DNA of 64,000 nucleotides from Dehalococcoidia bacterium (GTDB lineage: Bacteria > Chloroflexota > Dehalococcoidia > Lucifugimonadales > UBA3495). The DNA is taken from contig DAOULH010000042.1 in the NCBI GenBank assembly GCA_034420475.1, positions 9,187 to 73,186 on the forward strand. The letters run 5' to 3'. The notes beneath the pieces were generated by a model, which worked only from the letters and a program-made list of their open reading frames with translations, was not told where the DNA came from and did not search any database. Below, one piece after another: positions 57,482-64,000 of the stretch; position 1 is the stretch's first letter; each line of letters begins with the position of its first letter. The translations under genes and the position numbers were made by a program.

Positions 57482-58249
57482 TTACAGGCCCAACCACGCG
57501 CTGAGCACGGCCACCAGGTTCTGCGCGGCGTGGACGGCGATGCAGGGCCACAGCGAACCGGTGCGGTGATACAAGAAGCCCAACAGCAGGCCGGTGACGA
57601 AGACCGGCAGCAGCAGGGCCGGCGCCAGATGCAGGGCGGCGAACACGGCGGCCGACACGACGATGGCGGGCGCGAATCGCCAGCGATTGGCGAGCCCCCG
57701 CAGGATGAACCCGCGGAAGAACGTTTCTTCGGCGATGGGAGTCCAGACCGCCAGGGCCAGCGCGCTGAATACAACCCAACCTCCGGGAAGCAGCAGACCG
57801 TCGGGAATCTCGGGAGGCATCAGGTAGTCCCAACTGAAAGCCATCACGGCCATGGTGTACAGTTGGGCAAAACCGAGACTGCACGCCAGCGCGGCCACCG
57901 CAAGCATTACGGAGGCGCGGAATGAAGTCCGCGGTCTGGTGAACCCCACCAGCGCTAACGGCGGCGGCCAGGTGCGGATGCCGAGGAGCCACACCAGGGC
58001 AACCTGGAGCAATCCCAGGGCGGTGGCGGAAATCACGGCGGCGACGGCCAGGGGAATCACCAGGACCAGGGACGCGATCAGCACCGCGGTGGGCACGAGG
58101 ACCATCAGCCCCAGGGCGGCTTGCCAGACACCCCATGCGCGCGGGTCGGTTGGGGTCTCAGCGGGCGCCAAAGCTGCGCGACACTCCGCGCATTCCGTCG
58201 CGCCGGGCGATAGCGCGGCGCCGCAATGGGTGCAGAAGGATTGCATCAT
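57482..58249 (-). CDS. CPBP-family intramembrane metalloprotease with N-terminal zinc-ribbon
   Basis: CTHCGAALSPGATECAECR, then IAEETFFRGFI and FAALH motifs. Confidence 0.75.
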   Translation of the reverse strand: MMQSFCTHCGAALSPGATECAECRAALAPAETPTDPRAWGVWQAALGLMVLVPTAVLIASLVLVIPLAVAAVISATALGLLQVALVWLLGIRTWPPPLALVGFTRPRTSFRASVMLAVAALACSLGFAQLYTMAVMAFSWDYLMPPEIPDGLLLPGGWVVFSALALAVWTPIAEETFFRGFILRGLANRWRFAPAIVVSAAVFAALHLAPALLLPVFVTGLLLGFLYHRTGSLWPCIAVHAAQNLVAVLSAWLGL

Positions 58250-58350
58250 TAAAACGCCATTGTAGATGGAGCCCGAAGTTGGACGATGCAGTATAGAACA
58301 CGATCAACGGCGGGGCGGATTCGGAATGTTGGATGGAGCACGGGGGCGTG

Positions 58351-58517
58351 GGTAACCGTTCAGAGTTGCGGGGAAGGGGAAGTGTCATTGCGAGCGCAGC
58401 GCGGCAATCCCGTTGGCGCAAGGGAGTCCTTCGGCGCAGACGTTCCCGCTGCGGCGTCGAGATTGCCACGGCGCAAGCGCCTCGCAATGACAACATCCCG
58501 AATTCCGAACAGTTACG
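58351..58517. repeat. R2 nested palindromic element, copy b
   Basis: GGTAACCGTTCAGAGTTGCGGGG...GTCATTGCGAGCGCAGCGCGGCAATCC...GAGATTGCCACGGCGCAAGCGCCTCGCAATGAC...GAACAGTTACG. Confidence 0.9.
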
Positions 58518-58611
58518 GGCGTGGGTCCCATTTGCCAACTTGGGATCATTGGGCCATAATTGCGGGCGCCCGCCTGGACAGCAAATCAGGGCGATGTTGC
58601 GGGGAGAGCAA

Positions 58612-58845
58612 ATGGCCACGGGTTCTGAATCACCAGGGTATGGCGAGGGGTTTCTGCGCATGGCCCAGGCGTTGGGCTTGGACGTGTCGGACGAAGAACG
58701 AACCCAGGACCTGGCGCGCCGTGTATCCCTGATGCGTGAGGGTCTGGCTCGCCTTTATGAGATCGACGTCTCCGGCGCCGAGTCTCCTTCGGCCTTCGTC
58801 CCGTCGGCGAACCAGGGTTCCAACTCAGGATCGGGGAGGCGTTAG
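58612..58845 (+). CDS. GatC/AtzG-like small subunit (77 aa)
   Basis: FLRMAQALGLDVSDEERTQDLARRVSLMREGLARLYEIDVSGAESP follows the GatC-like pattern. It ends 3 nt before the amidase start. The start is uncertain (58594 is an alternative). Confidence 0.5.
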   Translation: MATGSESPGYGEGFLRMAQALGLDVSDEERTQDLARRVSLMREGLARLYEIDVSGAESPSAFVPSANQGSNSGSGRR

Positions 58846-58848
58846 ATC

Positions 58849-60261
58849 ATGGCAGGCGGCGAACTTCATTACATGTCGGCCTGGGAACTGTCCGGCCTCA
58901 TCCGCAATCGGGAGGTATCGCCGGTCGAGGTGATCGAAGCTTGCCTGGCCCGGATCGAAGAGACCGAACCAACCCTTAATTCGTTCATCACCCTGATGCC
59001 GGAGCAGGCGAGGAGCGCGGCGCGGCGAGCGGAGGATGAAATCGGGCGGGGAAATTATCGCGGGCCGTTGCACGGCATCCCGGTGGGATTGAAGGACCTG
59101 TTCAACACGGCCGGGGTCAAGACCACCTCGGGAACGCGGATATACGACAACTACGTGCCCGACGAGGACTGCACAGTGGCGACCCGGTTCGGGCAGGCCG
59201 GCGCGGTCCTGCTGGGCAAGCTGAATATGCACCCGTTCGCGTTTGGTCCTACGGGCGAGAACGGTGATTACGGCCACATGCACAACCCGTGGAACCCGGA
59301 GCGGATCACCGGCGGTTCCAGCGGCGGCAGCGGATCGGCGGCAGCAGCAGGACAGTGCACCATCACCATGGGCAGCGACACCGGCGGCAGCGTGCGAATT
59401 CCCGCGGCGCTGTGCGGGATTGTTGGCCTCAAACCGACCTATGGCCGGGTGAGCCGTGCGGGTTTAACACCGTTGTCATGGTGCCTTGACCACCCGGGCC
59501 CCATGGTGCGGACGGTGGAAGACGCCGCGCTGACCATGAACGTGATCGCCGGCCACGATCCACGGGATCATGCCACAACGGACGCGCCGGTTCCCGACTA
59601 CACGACGGCGCTGACCGGAGACGTTCGCGGCTTGCGCATCGGCGTCGTCCGGGAATACTTCGAAACCGAAATAGATCCGGCGGTGGCCGCGCTGACGCAA
59701 CAGGCGATAACCGTGCTGGGCGAACTGGGCGCGGAGATCGTGGACCTTTCCCTGCCGCTGTACGAGTACGCCCAGCCCATCAGCAACGCGATCCTCAGCG
59801 CCGAGGCGACGGCGGCCCATCGGGACGTCCTGCTCAGCGACGGCGACAAGATGTACCCGCAGGTACGCGAGCGGCTGGAAGAGGGACTGTTTATCTCGGC
59901 GGCCGAATACCTGAGGGCGCAGCAGGCGCGACAAGTTTTCTGCCAGCAAGTTGCCGGCTTGCTGGAATCCGTCGATCTCCTGGCCGGGCCCGTTGAGCCG
60001 GTAACGGCCCCGAAGATCCTGGAAAGGCGGATTGAGATCGGAGGGCAGGCGCTGCCGGCGGTGCCCATGCTGACCAAGTACACGCGGGTGTACAACATCA
60101 CCGGATCGCCGGCTATCTCCGTGCCCTGCGGCTTTGGGCCGGACGGGCTGCCGGTGGGGCTGCACCTGGCGGGCCGAAACTTTGACGAATCGACGGTGCT
60201 GCGGGCCGCCTACGCTTACCAGCAGGCGACGGACTGGCACACGCAGCGGCCTCCGCTGTAA
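58849..60261 (+). CDS. Amidase-signature family amidase (not canonical GatA)
   Basis: GIPVGLKD, GGSSGGSGSAAAAG, GSDTGGSVRIPAALCG. NMHPFAFGPTGEN replaces the GatA-type NxDEFAMGSS. Confidence 0.85.
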   Translation: MAGGELHYMSAWELSGLIRNREVSPVEVIEACLARIEETEPTLNSFITLMPEQARSAARRAEDEIGRGNYRGPLHGIPVGLKDLFNTAGVKTTSGTRIYDNYVPDEDCTVATRFGQAGAVLLGKLNMHPFAFGPTGENGDYGHMHNPWNPERITGGSSGGSGSAAAAGQCTITMGSDTGGSVRIPAALCGIVGLKPTYGRVSRAGLTPLSWCLDHPGPMVRTVEDAALTMNVIAGHDPRDHATTDAPVPDYTTALTGDVRGLRIGVVREYFETEIDPAVAALTQQAITVLGELGAEIVDLSLPLYEYAQPISNAILSAEATAAHRDVLLSDGDKMYPQVRERLEEGLFISAAEYLRAQQARQVFCQQVAGLLESVDLLAGPVEPVTAPKILERRIEIGGQALPAVPMLTKYTRVYNITGSPAISVPCGFGPDGLPVGLHLAGRNFDESTVLRAAYAYQQATDWHTQRPPL

Positions 60262-60315
60262 CCCGGTTTTACAAACCAAAACCACCTTTCCACGACGGCA
60301 GGAACCGCAAACAAA

Positions 60316-61077
60316 GTGGCTACAATAAACGCCGTTACCTTCGACCTGTGGCAGACCCTGATCCTGGACAACCGGGAGCTCGGCCTGCAACGGGCGCAAG
60401 TTCGCCTGGATGGCGCCCGTGACCTGCTGGCCGAGCAGGGGATTCAGCACGACCCGGATCACATCCGCGAAGCTTACCGGGGGTGCTACCGAGCCTGCCG
60501 GGCGGTGCGGAACAACAACGTGGACGTAAGTTTCCGCGAGCAGGTGGAGATCTTCGTCAACCTGATCGAAGAAGGGCTCGTCGGGCGTTTGCCGGAACCG
60601 ACGGTCGCGGAGATCGAGAGGATCTACGCGGAGTCGTTCTTCGACTATCCGCCGCGGTTCCACGAGGCGACGCAGCAGACGCTGGAATCGGTGCGCGCTA
60701 TGGGCCTGCGGATCGGCCTGATCTCGAACACCGGGATGACGCCGGGATACACGTTCCGGCAATTTTTGCAGCAGCACGGGCTGGCCGACTATTTTCAGAC
60801 GATGACCTTTTCCGACGAAGTGCTGCTGGCCAAGCCTTCGGACGAGATCTTCCTGATGACCATCGGGGCCCTGGACTCGAGCCCGGCCAACGCCATCCAC
60901 GTGGGCGACCACGTGAGCAACGACGTGGTTGGAGCCAACCGGGTGGGCATGAAATCCGTCTGGATTCGCGGTTTCTACGAGCCCGAGGACCCGGACGACC
61001 CGGACAGCCAGGCGGACGCCGAGGTCGATGACCTTTCCGGCGTCGCGGCGGCGATACGGGATTTGATCACCGGCTGA
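60316..61077 (+). CDS. HAD-superfamily hydrolase
   Basis: VTFDLWQTL (motif I variant), ISNTG (motif II), GDHVSNDVVGA (motif IV). Confidence 0.75.
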   Translation: MATINAVTFDLWQTLILDNRELGLQRAQVRLDGARDLLAEQGIQHDPDHIREAYRGCYRACRAVRNNNVDVSFREQVEIFVNLIEEGLVGRLPEPTVAEIERIYAESFFDYPPRFHEATQQTLESVRAMGLRIGLISNTGMTPGYTFRQFLQQHGLADYFQTMTFSDEVLLAKPSDEIFLMTIGALDSSPANAIHVGDHVSNDVVGANRVGMKSVWIRGFYEPEDPDDPDSQADAEVDDLSGVAAAIRDLITG

Positions 61078-61107
61078 CACCAGGATCGACGAATTTCCCC
61101 CATCGCG

Positions 61108-61722
61108 GTGAGCGATGGGGGCCGATTGGGCGCAAGGAGCACAACCTTGTTCCAGGAACTCAGCGGCGGGCCGCTCCCCAACGGACGGTATCCCGACATC
61201 ACCCTGGCCATCTTCCCGCACCTGAAGGAATTCGTGGCGGTGGACACCCGGGGAACGGCGGCAGAGGTCAGGCTGATGTCCACCGAGGACGTGTTCAACG
61301 ACGAATACTACCGCACGGTGGAAAGTGAATTCGCCAGCGCTCTGCGGGAAGGCGGGGATCGACCGTTCCTGCACCTCATGCACCTGCCCAACCAGGTGGA
61401 TGACATCGTGCGCGGCGTGGCGATGCACTACATCCTGGAGCGCCTGGGGGTGGACTATCACGACGAGGACAGGATGCCGGAGGTGGTGGTATTCGTCATA
61501 TCGGGTCCAACGCTGGCCATTCCCACCGATCAGGTCGTGGAGGGCTTCTCCGAGATGCTGTCAGGCAAGCTGGACGGCGCAGCCATCGACCGTTGGTCGC
61601 GGGAGTTGAGCCGGCTGATCGAGATGGAAAGCAGGGCGTTCCCCGCGGCCGGGGAGGCGCTGGGCGAAACCATGACCGACGAATCGCTGGACCCGTACTA
61701 TATCTGGCAAAACCGGAATTGA
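61108..61722 (+). CDS. Hypothetical protein (up to 204 aa)
   Basis: ORF only. The start is uncertain. Confidence 0.4.
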   Translation: MSDGGRLGARSTTLFQELSGGPLPNGRYPDITLAIFPHLKEFVAVDTRGTAAEVRLMSTEDVFNDEYYRTVESEFASALREGGDRPFLHLMHLPNQVDDIVRGVAMHYILERLGVDYHDEDRMPEVVVFVISGPTLAIPTDQVVEGFSEMLSGKLDGAAIDRWSRELSRLIEMESRAFPAAGEALGETMTDESLDPYYIWQNRN

Positions 61723-61731
61723 GGGACAACC

Positions 61732-62751
61732 TTGACCACCGAACGCATGGCGCTGACCTTCAGCAGTCGCGACAACAACGATGACGACGACCTCATCGCC
61801 GTGGCGCAGGCCGCCGACCGCCTGGGATACGAGTCCTTCTGGACCGGAGAGTCGTGGGGACGTGACGCCTTCACCGTGCTGACGATGCTGGCGTGCCACA
61901 CGGAACGCATCGGCTTGGGCACCGGCATCGTCACCGTGTACAGCAGGACGCCGGGTCTCGTGGCGCAGAGCATCGCATCGCTGGACCGCATCAGCAACGG
62001 ACGGGCCATCCTGGGGCTCGGCAGCAGCGGCCGCATCGTGATCGAGGACTGGCACGGGGTGAAGTTCGACCACCCGGTGGGGCGCACGGCCGAGTACATT
62101 GACATCATCCGGCTGGCGCTTTCGGGCGAGCGGGTCAACTATGAGGGCCGGTTCTATAATCTGAAGCGTTTTCGCATGGGCGTGCGGCCGGTGCAAGAGC
62201 AGGTGCCGATCTACGTGGCGTCGCTGGGGAAACGCAACCTGGAGTTGACCGGCCGATCCGCGGACGGGTGGCTCCCCATCTGGACGCACCGGGAGAGGCT
62301 GCCTGAAGTGAAAGAACCGCTGGCGCAGGCGGCGCAAGCGGCCGGCCGGCAGGTGTCCGACGTCACCACCGCCCCGCAGATCCTCAGTTGCGCCAGCGAG
62401 GATCAGGCGACGGTATCCGACGCGATTGCCCAGGCCCGTTCGCACATGGCGTTTTACATCGGCGGGATGGGAACTTACTACTACGATCTGTTCTGCCGGT
62501 ACGGATACCGCGACGAGTGCGACCGACTGCGGACAGCATGGGCTGAGGGAGACCGGGGGAAAGCCGCCTCCTGCATAACCCACGAGATGGTGGACAACAT
62601 CACCGCCATTGGGACACCCCACGAATGCCGGGACAAGATGGCCCGGTTCCGGAGCAACGGCGTCGATATGCCGATAGTGGCCTTCCCCCACGGTTCCGAC
62701 CGGGACACCATGCTGGGCACGCTGGAAGCGTTGGCCCCCGCAGAGGCATAA
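61732..62751 (+). CDS. Luciferase-like monooxygenase (LLM) class oxidoreductase, probably F420-dependent
   Basis: LGYESFWTGESWGRDAF, GTGIV and LGLGSSG patterns. TTG start, or the ATG at 61747. Confidence 0.75.
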   Translation: MTTERMALTFSSRDNNDDDDLIAVAQAADRLGYESFWTGESWGRDAFTVLTMLACHTERIGLGTGIVTVYSRTPGLVAQSIASLDRISNGRAILGLGSSGRIVIEDWHGVKFDHPVGRTAEYIDIIRLALSGERVNYEGRFYNLKRFRMGVRPVQEQVPIYVASLGKRNLELTGRSADGWLPIWTHRERLPEVKEPLAQAAQAAGRQVSDVTTAPQILSCASEDQATVSDAIAQARSHMAFYIGGMGTYYYDLFCRYGYRDECDRLRTAWAEGDRGKAASCITHEMVDNITAIGTPHECRDKMARFRSNGVDMPIVAFPHGSDRDTMLGTLEALAPAEA

Positions 62752-62760
62752 GTTGATCCG

Positions 62761-63321
62761 GTGAAGATCGGGCTGATCTCCGACACTCATTCCGCCGGGA
62801 GCGGCCGGGACCTGCCGATGGCGGTGTTCGATGCGCTGGAGGGCTGCGACCTGCTGCTCCACTGCGGCGATCTGGAGTGCATCGGCGTGCTGGATTACCT
62901 GGAGGAACTGGCGCCGGTGCTGGCGGTGCGCGGGTACGAGGACCCGGTGGAGCCCGGGGGGCGACTGGCCAACGTCTCTCGCATCGTCGAGGTAGCGGGG
63001 GTACGGATCGGCATGGTGCATGACATACAGTGGCCGCCGCCGGCGATTGCGACGACGCCCGACGGAACTGGGCTGGTTTGGCCGGAATCGGGTCTGCAAG
63101 CGTTACTGCAAAAGAAATTCGGCGGAGAGGTCGACGTGATCGTTTTCGGGGACACCCACGAGGAGATGGTGGAATGGCGCGATGGCGTGTTGTTCGTCAA
63201 CCCCGGCAGCCCAACCTACCCCGGCCGTCGCCACGCGCCGGGAACGTTGGGTACAGTCGCGTTGCTGGAAGTAGATGATGGAGTGAATGATGCGCGCATC
63301 GTGCAGTTGGCGGCGGGATGA
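62761..63321 (+). CDS. YfcE/MJ0936-type metallophosphoesterase
   Basis: KIGLISDTHS, HCGD, GDTHE, NPGS motifs. Confidence 0.8.
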   Translation: MKIGLISDTHSAGSGRDLPMAVFDALEGCDLLLHCGDLECIGVLDYLEELAPVLAVRGYEDPVEPGGRLANVSRIVEVAGVRIGMVHDIQWPPPAIATTPDGTGLVWPESGLQALLQKKFGGEVDVIVFGDTHEEMVEWRDGVLFVNPGSPTYPGRRHAPGTLGTVALLEVDDGVNDARIVQLAAG

Positions 63322-63403
63322 GAGTTCATTGACACCCGAACAGGGCCTGTGCTAATTTCGCAACGTTTGTCGTAATTTGTAGCCGAAAAACGGAGAGGAA
63401 TGT

Positions 63404-64000
63404 ATGGAATCAATACCTATCATCGTGCCCTTGGCTGCGGGAGTCATTGCGCTGGCCTTTGCCGCGTTTATGGCCTGGCGAGTGGTCGGGGCAGACGCGG
63501 GCAACGAGCGCATGACGGAAATCGGCGACGCCATCCGCACCGGCGCGTCCGCCTTCCTGCGTCGGGAGTATATGTCCCTGCTGCCCTTCGTTGTGGTAGT
63601 GGCCGTGATCCTGGCCGTACTGGACTACACGGTCTTCACTCACAACCTGGGCGTTCCGGCCACGGCCATTTCATATCTGGTCGGCACGATCTGTTCCGGT
63701 CTGGCCGGATTCGTCGGGATGAACGTGGCAGTACGCGCCAACGTGCGCACCGCCGCGGCGGCCATGCGGGGACTGAACCCAGCCCTGCGGGTGGCTTTCT
63801 CGAGCGGCACGGTGATGGGCGTGACCGTGGTGGGCATTGGACTGCTGGGCGTCACCATCCTGTACCTGATTTTCCAGGACATCGGCGCGGTGGCGGGGTT
63901 CGGCTTCGGCGCCAGTTCCATCGCCCTGTTCGCCCGCGTGGGTGGCGGGATTTTCACCAAGGCGGCGGACGTGGGTTCAGACCTGGTGGGCAAGGTGGAA
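63404..64000 (+). CDS. hppA: Membrane-bound proton/sodium-translocating pyrophosphatase, 3-prime end off window
   Basis: MESIPIIVPLAAGVIALAFA...MTEIGDAIRTGASAFLRREY...GGGIFTKAADVGSDLVGKVE. GGAGAGG SD upstream. The frame is open to the window end. Confidence 0.85.
   Translation, partial: MESIPIIVPLAAGVIALAFAAFMAWRVVGADAGNERMTEIGDAIRTGASAFLRREYMSLLPFVVVVAVILAVLDYTVFTHNLGVPATAISYLVGTICSGLAGFVGMNVAVRANVRTAAAAMRGLNPALRVAFSSGTVMGVTVVGIGLLGVTILYLIFQDIGAVAGFGFGASSIALFARVGGGIFTKAADVGSDLVGKVE

Noticed and set aside
59476-63099. Minus-strand ORFs of 661 aa (59476-61461) and 512 aa (61561-63099)
   Set aside because: They run antisense to four well-supported + strand genes (amidase, HAD, LLM, phosphoesterase), and their translations are Arg/Pro/Gly-rich junk.

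Overview
High-GC bacterial chromosomal window. The taxon cannot be determined from the sequence alone; the repeat families and gene content are reminiscent of Chloroflexota, which is inference only. Most of the window is housekeeping. It holds a CysRS with a C-terminal GT2 domain, meaB, an SPFH/NfeD pair and a his operon (hisZ-like, hisG, unknown metal hydrolase, hisD, hisC, hisB). It also holds birA, glyQS and a cobalamin-riboswitch-controlled cobalt chelatase/transport operon (cbiE-like, cobN, 143-aa unknown, cbtB, cbtA, chlID-like). The remainder includes an XDH-family molybdoenzyme with a MoaD-like protein, a BKACE enzyme, rhomboid, aroG preceded by a Tyr/Phe-rich leader peptide plus terminator, trpA, a GatC-like/amidase pair, an LLM oxidoreductase and hppA (3-prime partial). 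Four accessory patches stand out. (1) 1-9.3 kb: a large N6-adenine methyltransferase (5-prime end off window) coupled to an HNH nuclease. It is followed by a unidirectional mosaic of small two-gene cassettes: antitoxin + ParE/RelE-like toxin, and small protein + retropepsin-like aspartic protease. Each cassette is fronted by the same ~110-170 bp GGATT-rich palindromic element, and several copies are decayed. (2) 25.5-27.3 kb: an ABC-type ATPase + DUF4276 (TOPRIM-like) gene pair wedged between SDR genes and the his operon. (3) 29.8-30.9 kb: a tandem duplication of a PaREP1-like gene that also copied the 3-prime end of glyQS. (4) 48.6-52.2 kb: a visibly more AT-rich island with a beta-class DNA methyltransferase fused to a C-terminal HNH domain, a PIN-domain pair and a second overlapping PaREP1-like pair. 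The candidates I rate highest for something undescribed are the protease cassettes with their palindromic element, the ATPase/DUF4276 pair and the MTase-HNH fusion. All family calls come from reading motifs in the translations; no database search was possible. Many long ORFs in the supplied track are antisense shadow ORFs typical of high-GC DNA and are not called.
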